DNA from: Podarcis muralis
Taxonomy: Eukaryota
Reading direction: 5' to 3'
Assembly (NCBI RefSeq): GCF_964188315.1
Contig: NC_135658.1
Coordinates: 1,736,001 to 1,800,000 of the forward strand
Length of the DNA stretch: 64,000 nt
Below the pieces are notes generated by a model. The model was not told the DNA's origin and did not search any database. It was given only the letters and a program-made list of their open reading frames with translations. The first letter of the stretch is position 1. Each line of letters starts with the position of its first letter. Positions 45,506 to 56,803 of the stretch are shown here, in pieces. The translations under genes and the position numbers were made by a program.

Positions 45506-46721
45506 CCGTATTTTTCCCCTCTATAACATGCAGATTTTTTCTCCTAAAAAGGAAGGGGAAATGTCTGTGCGTGTTATAGAGCGAATGTGTGGTCCCTGGA
45601 GCCGAAAAATCAGGCAAAAATCAAATTGCGCTTCACGGAGAAGGGAAACCTGAAAAGAGGAAGCGGCTGCTTTCCTGCATTCTGCCTCAGGGTCTTACTG
45701 CCCACCCTCCTCTGTTTCGTTGCTGTGTTTGCTCAAACGGAACAAAGAGCAGGGAAAGCCCCTCCCCTCCAGGCAAGCAGAGTGTGTTCCTTCTAATTCC
45801 TCTCTGTGCTCCGGTGCTGCTGGGGGAGAGGGAGAGGGGGGGAGGGAGAGAGAGAGGGGGAGGGAGAGAGGGGGGGAGGGAGAGAGAGAGAGAGAGAGAG
45901 AGATGGCTGGCTTGGGTGGGGGGAAACTTTTGCCTTTCTTGCCTCCCTCCCGTTAAATCCCTCTCCTGCATTCTTAGCCAGCTGCTTCTCTGCACACCCC
46001 TCTCATGTCCCTTCTTTGTTTTTCCTTTGCTCCCCACTTAAAATGTGGTTAAAAAGCATAGATCCACATGGATCCTCAGGATCTTTGCATTGGGTCACCC
46101 CAAATTCACCACCAGATCACATAGCATGTCCATGGCTACAGCCTGCCCCCCCCCCAAAATCACACACCCACTATTGCCTGGGGCTGCAATGGTGCAAAAA
46201 CGTGGTTAAAAAGCATGGATCCATATGGATCCTCAGGATCTTTGCATTGGGTCACCCCAAATTCACCATCAGATCACATAGCATGTCCATGGCTACAGCC
46301 TGCACCAAAAAAATCACGCACCCACTGTTGCCTGGGGCTGCAATGGTGCAAAAACGTGGTTAAAAAGCATGGATCCATATGGATTCTCAGGATCTTTGCA
46401 TTGGGTCACCCCAAATTCACCATCAGATCACATAGCATGTCCATGGCTACAGCCTGCACCAAAATAATCACGCACCCACTGTTGCCTGGGGCTGCAATGG
46501 TGCAAAAACGTGGTTACAAAGCATGGATCCACAGGAATTCTCAGGATTTTTGCATTGGGTCACCCCAAATTCACCACCAGATCACATGTCTGTGGCCACA
46601 GCATGAAGCACAAAAATGATACATCCACTGTTTCATTCAGAATGTTTTTTCCCTTGTTTTCCTCCTCTAAAAATGATGTGCGTGTTATGGTCAGGTGCGT
46701 GTTATAGAGCGAAAAATACGG
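45506..46721. mobile_element. Tc1/mariner-pogo-type MITE, 1.2 kb, with an internal tandem array
   Basis: TIRs CCGTATTTTT(C)CCTCTATAAC / GTTATAGAGCGAAAAATACGG; TA TSD at 45504-45505 and 46722-46723. Confidence 0.85.
46045..46590. repeat. About 154-bp tandem repeat, 3 full units plus a partial unit
   Basis: Units start at 46045, 46202, 46356, 46510. Confidence 0.92.
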
Positions 46722-47216
46722 TAATAGCGTTGGGCACCTTCCTTCTTTGAAGTGAGACATTGGAGAGGTGGCTAGCTAAGGAATCATCTGCGCTAGCTAG
46801 TCGGGCAAGGCACGTAGGCTAACAAGTTAGCTATCTGTAAATCAAATGGTTTGGGGGCATAGCTCTCAGAAGCTCATGCAACCTGAGTCCACCTGGGGTC
46901 CCTTCACCACTTCTTGGCGGCTTCCCAGTGGCAGATTGAAGTGCTTCCTTGGTAATGTATATAATGCTTATTGTTTAGAATAAAATCTTTAATCTTCTCA
47001 CTTGTGCTTGTATTGCTTCTGAATCTCATCAAAAGAACCATCTGCATTTGGCAAGACAACAGCCTAGCTCAGGGTGCTGAACTCAGCACTGCTATGGTTA
47101 CTCTTGGTGTATTAAAAAATGTAGATGAATACATCAGATGGAAACCTCTCTCCCTTCATTCTAGGGATCACCCTCCATCCCTGCCCCTTTCCTTGTCAGT
47201 GAATGGGGAGCTGCTT

Positions 47217-48173
47217 TTAGGTAACTGGTCTGTTGAAACATTGGTGGAACAAACTGGTGACTCTCCTCAGGATCTCCTTGGTCTTCACCCCATAAACAAT
47301 GGGGTTCAGCATGGGAGGGATGAGGACATATAAGTTGGCCAGTAGGATGTGAACATAGCCTGGGATGTGGTGGCCAAAGCGATGAGCAAAGAAGGAGAAG
47401 AATGCAGGTGTGTAGAACATGAGGATGACACAGAGGTGGGAGCCGCAGGTGCTGAGTGCCTTCAGGCGAGCGTCTTTGGAGGAGAGCCGAAACACAGCCC
47501 TCAAGATCAGACCGTACGATGCTGCTATCAGCAAGGTGTCCACACCGATGGCCAAGATGGCCACCATGAAGCCATACCAGATGTTGACCGTGATGTCGGA
47601 GCAAGCCAGCCGGGCGATGCCCATGTGCTCGCAGTACGTGTGGGGAAGGATGTTGCGTTGGCAGAACGTCAAGCGCTTGACGAGGAAGATGACCGGGAAA
47701 ATCACGCAGAAGCTTCTGACCATGGCAGCCAGCCCAATTCTCCGGATGACTGAACTGGTCAGCAAGGTGGTGTAGCGCAGCGGGTCGCAGATGGCGATGT
47801 AGCGGTCAAAGGCCATGGCCATGAGGATGGCCGACTCGGCGATGAAGACGCTGTGGATGAAGAACATTTGGGCTAGGCAACCTTCGAAGGAGATCTCCCC
47901 GGCCTTGAACCAGAAGATGGCCAGCATTTTGGGAGCGGTGGAGGTGGACAGAAGCAAGTCGGTGACAGCCAGCATGGAGAGGAAGAAGTACATGGGCTGG
48001 TGGAGGCTGCGCTCTGTGAAGATGATGAACAGCAGAGTGCTATTCCCCACCAGAGCCACAATGTACATCAGGCAGAAGGGGATGGAGATCCAGATGTGAA
48101 AGGCCTCCATCCCTGGGATGCCAGTCAAGATGTAGGTGGTGGGGGGCAAGGAGCTGTGGTTGGCTGGCAGCAT
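47217..48173 (-). CDS. Class I olfactory receptor family 52 (OR52B-like), intact, 318 aa
   Basis: [55 protein letters not shown]; NHS glycosylation site. Confidence 0.93.
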   Translation of the reverse strand: MLPANHSSLPPTTYILTGIPGMEAFHIWISIPFCLMYIVALVGNSTLLFIIFTERSLHQPMYFFLSMLAVTDLLLSTSTAPKMLAIFWFKAGEISFEGCLAQMFFIHSVFIAESAILMAMAFDRYIAICDPLRYTTLLTSSVIRRIGLAAMVRSFCVIFPVIFLVKRLTFCQRNILPHTYCEHMGIARLACSDITVNIWYGFMVAILAIGVDTLLIAASYGLILRAVFRLSSKDARLKALSTCGSHLCVILMFYTPAFFSFFAHRFGHHIPGYVHILLANLYVLIPPMLNPIVYGVKTKEILRRVTSLFHQCFNRPVT

Positions 48174-48599
48174 CTGGGGCCTCGGAAGGGCTTCCTGGTA
48201 GCTGTGGTGGATGTAAGCAGGGATCCGTTCCCTCCCCAGCAGGCACTATGGATGGAAGACAGTTCACAGGGAAGAAAATCTACTGGGATCTGGAACAAAT
48301 CCTGAGGAAGATGAGGCAAGCATGTCTTCTGCTGCTCCAAAGGGGAGGACCCAAACTGATGGATTCAAACCACAAGAAAGGAGATTCTGATAAGCATTAG
48401 AAATAATTTTCTGAGGCCAAAAGCTGTTCGACAGCAGAACAGATGCCCTCGATGGACTCTCTTTCATAGGAGATTTTAAAAACAAAGTTGGGTATTCTTT
48501 TGTATTGTGCTTTCTGCATTTACGAAGACAGCAGAGTCAACACAGAGTTAAGCCAGAATGTGGAAACCCTGCAGCCGTGTAGAGGGTCTGTCTGGTGGG

Positions 48600-48690
48600 C
48601 ATAGCTGTCAACTTTCCCCTTTTCTTGTGAGGAATCCTATTCGGAATAAGGGAATTTCCCTTTAAAAAATGGGAAAAGTTGACATCTATG
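48600..48690. mobile_element. Third copy of the 90-bp hAT mini-MITE (opposite orientation)
   Basis: Perfect TSD CTGGTGGG. Confidence 0.88.
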
Positions 48691-49939
48691 CTGGTGGGTC
48701 TCCTCTCCTGCCCGCCCTGAACAAGGAAGCTTTGTGTGTGCTAACAAATAATAAATAAATAATACACACGTCTAGAGAACTCATTCAGCTGTCAAACCTC
48801 TCCTTCCTTCCTTCCTTCCCTCCCTCTGGCATTTGTGTTCGGTTAATCTGACTTTAGCAGGAATGGCACAGCAGACACGCAAAGGTGTATGAAAACACTT
48901 CTGTGTTTCTTTGAAGAGGGTCCACCTGGCAGCAATGTGGTTTTTTAAAAAAAACCCATTTGTAATTTTTCAATAGGTTGCAAGTTTAGTGCATATACCT
49001 CTTTAATTCCTCCATAATTTCCATCTGACATTGGACTTCCCTTCTGTGGTTCTCCGTATTTTCCAATATTGCTGCATATTATAACTTATTCTGCACTCTG
49101 TCCTCACCATACTATTCCAAAAGCCGTCGTTTACTGCTGCTCATTATTCAAATCCTACTTGTGTCTTTATATGCTTACAATAGCTTTTTAAGCATTCTGC
49201 AAATGGTTTCCAGTCCTCCTTAAAACCTGCCTTTTCTTGATCTCTAATTTCACTGGGCAGCAATGTCAAGGGCCCTGCCTGAGAACGTCCTTCCTAGTCC
49301 AAGCTGCCCCTCCCAACCCCTGGGCTGACCCCCTTCAGCACCCCCGTCCAACAGATTTGAACCACACCTACCTGCCCCAGATATTTTGCCCACTCCTCCT
49401 TGGAAGGCAGCAGCAGGAACTGGCTCTGTGCAAAGTTCTCACCTGCCTTTAGCTCCAGCAAGCAGAGAAGCTCAGAGATGGGATTTGGGTCCCCCAGGCA
49501 GCAGCAGAGACAGGCATTTGAAGGAGGCTGGGTCCAAGGAGCTGCGGGACTTGGGCCGCCTCGTGTCTCCTTGGGAGTCCTGAGGGGGGTTTGGAGGCAG
49601 GTGCTGGTGCTGGTGGAGGAGAAGGGACCTCCTGGGACCCACTTTTCTCAGGCTCAGGGGGAATTTTCAAAAGGCAAGGAGAGCATAACCCTTAGTTTGC
49701 TCTGGGAGGCTAAACGATCTTTTCTTCTGTTGCACAGTAAAGTACTTGCCTTGTAGTCAGGTCCCAGTCCCACCTGCGCCTTGGGTTCAAGAGAGTCTGG
49801 GATTCCCCTAGACATTCTCAGTGGGCATGTTTCCCTACACTCAAACTCTGTGGCCCAAGAACCCCACCCCTGACTCAGTGGGCTTCACAGATAGCCGTGG
49901 ATTTGAACCAGGGTATTTCCCCGTTTGCAGAGAATCAGA

Positions 49940-50185
49940 GACTCAACTTGTAGAGTTGGGAGGGACCCCTAGAGTCATGAAGTCCAACCCCCTGCAATGC
50001 AGAATCCCAATTAGTTCATCCATGACAGACGGCCATCCAACCTCTGCTTGAAAACCCCCAAGGAAGGAGAGCCCACCACCTCCCAAGGGAGACTGTCCCA
50101 CTGTTGAACAGCTCTTACTGTCAGAAACTTCTTCCTGATGTATCTTCAGAACCTCCTTTGTTGTAATTTGAATCCATCGGTTCAA
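49940..50185 (-). mobile_element. CR1 3' end
   Basis: Reverse CR1 tail (CCCCCTGCAATGCAG...GGCCATCCAACCTCTGC). Confidence 0.75.
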
Positions 50186-50222
50186 GCTTGCTCCACCCGC
50201 CATGCGGAAGCCCTTCAGCCTA

Positions 50223-50453
50223 CAGCGGTACCTCAGGTTGCAGATGCTTCAGGTTACAGACGCTTCAGGTTACAGACTCCGCTAACCCAGAAATAGTACC
50301 TCAGGTTAAGAACTTTGCTTCAGGATGAGAACAGAAATCGCATGGCGGCAGCGGGAGGCCCCATTAGCTAAAGTGGTGCCTCAGGTTAAGAACAGTTTCA
50401 GGTTAAGAACGGACCTCCAGAAAGAATTAAGTTCTTAACCTGAGGTACCACTG
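50223..50453. mobile_element. Tigger-like MITE, 231 bp
   Basis: TIRs CAGCGGTACCTCAGGTT / AACCTGAGGTACCACTG; TA TSD. Confidence 0.88.
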
Positions 50454-51720
50454 TATTTGAAGATGGCTATCATGTCCATTCGCTGTCTTTCCTTCTCCAT
50501 CTCCATTCTTTGTCCGAAAGGGTCCACCTCGATCTCCAGAGCAGCCTTGAAGCCATAGGGATTCACAGCTCCTAGGAGCTGAAGCACTTTTGCCCCCAGG
50601 GGGTTTTTTGGCTGCTGAGAAGAGGCTGCTGGAGTAGGTGGTCCCCTCTTTGGCCTGGCCCAGCAGGTGCTTTCCACTGCTTGATCGTTGTTGTTGTTGT
50701 TCTTAAACCCACCCTCAAAGCATTTTACAAAAAGATGAAACAAGAAAACCAAGAACAAATTGCAGCCATACCATATCCCCCAACATTCATCAGATGAAAA
50801 TAGGGACATTTCTCTCACACGCACCCCTCCCCCAATGTCCCTCATTGATGTCCCATTTTTGTGACCCCCCCCCCCAAGCATTTCCTATCTGGAGGACGCT
50901 TGCAAGCATTCCCTCCCCCCACAAGTAGGACACCCTCCAGCGTCCTGAGAAAACCCATTGATCCCAATTTTATTCTTTGGCAGATTTACAAAAAGAAAAA
51001 CACAGATAAATAAATTTAGATGCAGACACACAAATCATTTCTTTTCTTTTCTTTTTTAAAAAAGTCAAGACTCCTTGTGCTCCACTCTCCATTTCTTTAC
51101 CCCCAGGGTGGCTCTGCCCTCTGCCTGCATCGCAGAGCTGGCGCATCATGCAGGCGGGGCCTTGGCAGTGGTGGCCTCTCTTCATCCTCACCTGCTCTTC
51201 AGCAGCTGCCATGAGCAGCCCAAGGGAGGAGAGGCCATGGAGAGACAATGGGATGCTCCTTTGCCACCACTCAGGGAAAATGCCGGCTCACCACAAACTC
51301 AGTGGTGGCAGCACTGGCAGGGGGAATAGGGACACTCTGGGAACCAATCAGAAGCTGGGATGGCTTCTGCATACCTGAAGGAGCATCTCCACCCCCACCG
51401 TCCAGCTCGGACACTGAGATCCAGTGCTGAGGGCCTTCTGGTGGTTCCCTCATTGCGAGAAGTGAGGTTACAGGGAACCAGGCAGAGGGCCTTCTTGGTA
51501 GTGGCACCCGCCCTGTGGAATGCCCTCCCTTCAGATGTCCCTGGGAAATCGGGGCGCTTGGAGGGTACGCCTACCAACAGAGGAGCCAACAGAGGAGACT
51601 TTTTGAAAGATTTAAAGCCTTTTAATCACAAACCATGTAATCCACGCCTTTGCAGAGCTCCAGCATCGGCACAGCAGCTGCAGGAGTCCAGCCTTGGCTC
51701 AGCTTCCGTCCTCTTCCGCC

Positions 51721-53229
51721 TCAGAGTTTGTACGTCCGCTTCTGCTTGGAAGACGGCTGCGCGGACGAGCCCCGCAGGCGGCTGGCGGTCTTCACGCCAG
51801 CTAAGAAGTCAGCGCCCACCAGAGTCTCCAAGATCTGCTGGGCAGTGACATCCTGGCGCCCCACCCTCGAGACGGGGGGCACCATGTCGCAGAGGGAAGT
51901 GATGGAGTGCGCCCTCCGCGCGGGCCGCTCGGATCTGCCTCGCCTCTCTGTTCCCGGCTCGTCTGTGGCGAGTGCCTGCAGCCTCTGCTGGATTTCTACC
52001 AGCCCCTGGATCTCCTTGGGGCTCCAGTTGGCCAACAGGATGTCTGTGCTTTGAATCTGCTGGAGGAGGTCTGGGACCTGCGGGGCCGCCTGCCCCCGGG
52101 GGCTCCTGGACACGGAGGTGTTCCTGCGGACCATCTTGGCCACCACCTCCGGGGTGTGGCTGCTCCTGGAGGGGCTGCTAGATGCAAGGTTCTGCATCAG
52201 ATGCTTTATGATTTGGTGGAGGAGGTTCTTCACAGCTGCCGAGGCGAGTTGTCCTGTCTCTCCCCTGAAGGCGCCGCTTTCCCCGTTGCTCTGATCGTTG
52301 CCATTGGGTGCTAGGTTCTGGGCACCAGGCTTTGGAGGCCAAGTTCTGGGAGAAGGCAGCCTCTCCCGGGCCCTCTCAAGCCTTTCACCATGGTCAAAGG
52401 TGGGTGGGTGGCCCCCCAGGGATCCTGGCGAGGGGCTTGCCCCGCACCGCTTTGGAATGGCCTTCTGCCCTAGTCCTCTTTGTGCCTCAGGGAACGCACC
52501 CTGAAGGACACTGTTGTTGTCTCCACCAGGGACGCTTCCAGGGCAAGTGGTGGCCTGGGGAGGCGATTTGATGAACTCCTTCACGACCGCTGGGTTCCTT
52601 GCCAGTTCCACCACCAACCTCATTCCTTCTGGGGAGCTGAAGACGTGGCTGATCTCAGGGGCTTTCTGCATCACCTGCCGCACCTGCGGGTTGCTGGTGA
52701 CCAGCTCCTTCATCAGGTCAGGGCTGGAGAGCTTGCTCTGGATGAAGGGGTTCTCCAGCAGTTGCACCATCATGTCTGGGTTGGACATGAGCTGGCTCTG
52801 GAACTCTGAAAAGTTGGCTGTGTTGAGGCCCAGGCTGGCGGTCAGCTCCCGGAGGCCATCGCTGGCAAAAGCGTCTCCCCGAGGAGGCTTCTGATCTGGG
52901 GCAGTGCTGGTAGGGCTGGCGGAAGCCTGTCGGGACAGGCGCCCCCGGGGAGACCGGATGACCACGTAGACTGTTGCGTCGTAGTCTAGGTGGATGCCAT
53001 GCTGGCCAAGGGTCTTGTGGTCTTTCAAGATCCTTCCGACATACACCAGCACAACTTGGTCAGGAGAAGAGGAGAAGTGCCTGGCGACGTGTTCTTTGAA
53101 TTCTCGGACCAACATCTCCCTGTGGACCAGAAACTCTTCCTTCTGCCACGGAGTCTTCACGATGATCCGAACAACTTGGGGCTCAGCGGCTCTGAGGTCA
53201 ACCCCCGGGATTCTCTGGCTTTCGACCAT
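51721..53229 (-). CDS. Intronless ubiquilin C (UBL plus STI1, no UBA), 502 aa
   Basis: UBL (VVLVYVGRILKDHKTL), UBQLN1-like LGLNTANFSEFQSQLMSNPDMMVQLLENPFIQ, ELARNPA; divergent C-terminal half; first ATG at 53229. Confidence 0.88.
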   Translation of the reverse strand: MVESQRIPGVDLRAAEPQVVRIIVKTPWQKEEFLVHREMLVREFKEHVARHFSSSPDQVVLVYVGRILKDHKTLGQHGIHLDYDATVYVVIRSPRGRLSRQASASPTSTAPDQKPPRGDAFASDGLRELTASLGLNTANFSEFQSQLMSNPDMMVQLLENPFIQSKLSSPDLMKELVTSNPQVRQVMQKAPEISHVFSSPEGMRLVVELARNPAVVKEFIKSPPQATTCPGSVPGGDNNSVLQGAFPEAQRGLGQKAIPKRCGASPSPGSLGGHPPTFDHGERLERARERLPSPRTWPPKPGAQNLAPNGNDQSNGESGAFRGETGQLASAAVKNLLHQIIKHLMQNLASSSPSRSSHTPEVVAKMVRRNTSVSRSPRGQAAPQVPDLLQQIQSTDILLANWSPKEIQGLVEIQQRLQALATDEPGTERRGRSERPARRAHSITSLCDMVPPVSRVGRQDVTAQQILETLVGADFLAGVKTASRLRGSSAQPSSKQKRTYKL

Positions 53230-53416
53230 AATGCTGCCAAGATTTGAGAGCAAGAAGCAAAGACCAAAGTCAGGCTTGGCTTCTCATCGCACTCCAAAGT
53301 GGTCCTGCCTTCTTTCCTCTGTCACCACGCAAGCTGTGGGTTCCCTCTTCTCGACATCCCCTCCCTCCCCCAGCCCAGAGGCCCTACACAACCTTCTGGT
53401 GTGGAACCCGTGATTT

Positions 53417-53440
53417 GTGATGTCAGCGCTGAGGTCGCCG
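53417..53440. promoter_or_regulatory. Dual CRE-like motif upstream of ubiquilin C
   Basis: GTGATGTCAGCGCTGAGGTCGCCG. Confidence 0.6.
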
Positions 53441-53609
53441 GATGCAACTGCCCTTGGCCCAGTGACCCAAGAGGGACTCTGTAGCCCAACCCAGCCCAGA
53501 ATTCCTCCCCGCCCACCATATAATTTTAATTGGAGTTTTAACATTCCTTATTTTCCTTCTGTAAATCATTCCTTTTCTTACAATGCTACAGTTTACAGAA
53601 GGAAAATAA

Positions 53610-54035
53610 GGAAGAGCAGTGAGAGAAAGATGATACAGAGAAGGGTCACCAAGATGATAGAGGGTCTGGAGACCAAGCCTTGTGAGGGAGCAGGTTTAGC
53701 CTGGAGAAGAGGAGGCTGAGAAGGGATATGAGAGACATCTTAAAATATCTTAAGGGCTGTCACATGGAGGAGGGAGCAAGCTTGTTTCTCCTGCTCTAGA
53801 GGGTAGGACAGGAACCAACGGATTCAAGTTACAAGAAAGGAGATTCTGACTAAACTTGAGGGAGAACTTTCCAACATTTAGAGCTGTGGAAAGGACTCCC
53901 TTGGGAAGTTACGGACTCTCCTTCCTTGGAGGTTTTGAAGCAGAGGTTGGGTGGCCACAGCCATTATTGTGACTCCTGCACTGCAAGATGTTGAACTAGA
54001 TGACATTTGGTGCATCTTCCAACCCTACATTTCTA
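53610..54035 (+). mobile_element. CR1 LINE 3' fragment
   Basis: RT C-terminal remnant and tail CCAACCCTACATTTCTATGATT. Confidence 0.8.
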
Positions 54036-55185
54036 TGATTTTATGCAGGGTCAGTGCAGACATGGAGTATGACATGCAGCATGAGTGCAGAAGGGTACTT
54101 TTGAGGCTGAGCAAATATTCCTACATATTTGGAAAAGAAAATACTGCAGCAACTGCCAGTATGCTGAACACAAGGGGGATGAAACAGAAATGTCAACCCT
54201 AATTCCCTCGCTTTCTTATCATGTGGACACCATATGGACAGGGATGCAAAGGGCTTGGGACTGCAATACCCCCAAGGACCACCTCTCCCCACAAGAACTG
54301 ACCTGGACCCCGTGATCATCAGCTGAGACTCTTCCTCATGCGCTTCCCCCATAAGGGGCCCAGAGGGTGGCAACATGAGAACGGGGCCTTTTCTGCAGTG
54401 GCTCCCCACTTGTGGAATGCTCTCCCCAGGGAGGCTCACTTGGTGCCTTTGTTACATATCTTTAGGTGCCAGGAGAAAACCAGGCCTTGGGCTCATTAAC
54501 ATTCTATGGCCTTTTACGTGTGTTTGTGGGAGAGGGTCGTTGGTTTGTGTTTGTTTTATTATGTATTTCGTCTTCTCGTTTTCTATTTTTATGCTGTGAT
54601 CCTTCCTGTGATCTTTGGAGGAAAGACGGTATACAAATTTAATGACTAAATAGAATAAAACACAAGAAAAACAAATAAAATAAAAGAACATGGCTGTGTT
54701 GCATCTTATTGGTTATATTTTCATGTAGCATAAGCTGAAGGGCCCATTTATCCATTTGACCCAAGTCCAGAATTCTCCCCTCGCATTCCCCAAAGTTTCC
54801 CACCACATCCAAAATGACAGTTGTGAAGAACGTCTTGAAACTAAAACCCAAGCCAACCTGCTGCTGTTGAATGCACTGCCAGGGTCCTTTTCAGAGTTAG
54901 CAATGGACATGGTGGTTCCTGCTTGGCAGGGGGTTGGACTCGATGGCCCTTGTGGTCTCTTCCAACTCTATGATTCTATGATTCTATGATTCTATACTCA
55001 ACTGTTACAACCGGAGTTTCCCTTTTGCAAAGTACCCATCACAGGAAATACTCCCTGGGATTATTTGGGGGGAGTCATGTGCTTTCAATATGCGCTGAAT
55101 GTGCTTTGAATGTAGAGTGTGGGTCCACCCAGAAAATCACCCGGCTACCAATTCAACATTAGAAGCTGCCTTCTTTTGAGTCACC

Positions 55186-55785
55186 ACACGGGTGGCGCTG
55201 TGGGGTTAAACCACAGAGCCTAGGACAGGGGTCAGCAAATGTTTTCAGCAGGGGGCCGGTCCACTGTCCCTCAGACCTTGTGGGGGGGGCCAGACTATTT
55301 CTTTGGGGGGGGGATGAACGAATTCCTATGCCCCACATATAACCCAGACATACATTTTAAATAAAAGCACACATTCCACTCATGTAAAAACACGCTGATT
55401 CCCAGACCGTCCGCAGACCGGATTCAGAAGGCGATTAGGCCAGATCCGGCCCCTGGGCCTTAGTTTGCCTACCCATGGCCTAGGGCTTGCTGAGCAGAAG
55501 GTCGGCGGTTCGAATCCCCGTGGCGGGGTGAGCTCCCGTTGCTTGGTCCCTGCTCCTGCCCACCTAGCAGTTCGAAAGCACGTCAAAGTGCAAGTAGATA
55601 AATAGGTACCGCTCCGGCGGGAAGGTAAACAGCGTTTCCGTGTGCTGCTCTGGTTCGCCAGAAGCGGCTTAGTCCTGCTGGCCACATGACCCGGAAGCTG
55701 TGCGCCGGCTCCCTCGGCCAGTAAAGCGAGATGAGCGCCGCAACCCCAGAGTCAGCCACGACTGGACCTAATGGTCCCTTTACCT
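55186..55785 (+). mobile_element. Sauria SINE interrupted by a 252-bp hAT MITE (55226-55477)
   Basis: SINE halves join at GCCTAGG; MITE TSD GCCTAGGA/GCCTAGGG. Confidence 0.88.
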
Positions 55786-56079
55786 TCTCTTGAGTCAAAC
55801 CATTGTTCCACACAGCTTAGGGTTGTTCCTTCTGCTGCACCAACTGGAAGTGGCTGTCATGGATTTCAGCCTGGAGGTGCCCTTGGGAACTGAAATTGGG
55901 ACCGTCATGTGTGTATATATATATATATAATATTTTTATTAAATTTTCAACAAAAATAACAAAAACACACAATAACCAACACAATAACAACCACAAAGAA
56001 AACTGTACACAAAAACAATGTCAAATCCATAAGATGGGATTCTGTGAACCCTGTGACTCCCCCCGCCCCCGTCCCTTAA

Positions 56080-56645
56080 GTTTTCTACATTCCAAGCAGG
56101 TGCTCTACCACTTAACAACGATGCTTCCCAATTCCAACGGACTTTCAGTATCGCTTAGGGCTGTGTCACATTCTGTTCTCACAGTGGCTGACCAGATGTC
56201 CTAATGAGAAGCCATCAAACAGGATCTGAGCACAGAGACCCTGTGGCTTCTAGCAACCAGTATTCAGAAGCATTGGTGCCTCTGATTGTGCAAGCAGAGC
56301 AGAGCCATTGATGATCTCCTCCATGAATTTGTTTAATCCTCTTATAGGTTGGCGGTCATCATCTTGTAGGTGTGAGTTCCATAGTTTAACTCTGCGTGGA
56401 AAAGTCATTTCTTTTATCTGCCACGAATCTTCCAGCATTCAGCTTTATTAGATCTCCCTCATGTTAGGTGAGGGGGAGAAAAACGTTTCTCTATCCATTT
56501 TCTCCATGCCACATATAATTTTATCATGGCACCTCTTCGCTTTCGTAAACTAAAAAGTCACAAAAGTTGCTACATTTCCGTGTTGGGGAGTCATTTCACC
56601 CCTTGATCATTTCGGTTGCCCTTGTCTGAACTTTCCCCAGCTCTA
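56080..56645 (-). mobile_element. Old CR1-like LINE fragment
   Basis: CCCCTTGATCATTTCGGTTGCCC-type RT-end sequence in reverse. Confidence 0.5.
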
Positions 56646-56803
56646 TGAAACTGAGAGCAGAGAGCCAGGTAAGAATTGCACCTTAGCTTCCTGCTCACCC
56701 AATTTCTCAGCAGCCCACCTTCCTTCTCTCATGAAGGAGGGTCTCCACATCTCAGGCAACCTTCTGCAAAGGTTCAGGGGGCTGATGCACCAAGCGCTGC
56801 CTT

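Noticed and set aside
46045-46590. CRISPR-like array
   Set aside because: Eukaryotic DNA; whole 154-bp units repeat with no unique spacers
53230-53253. Extra 8 N-terminal residues of ubiquilin C in the ORF track
   Set aside because: Begins at TTG; the first ATG is at 53229
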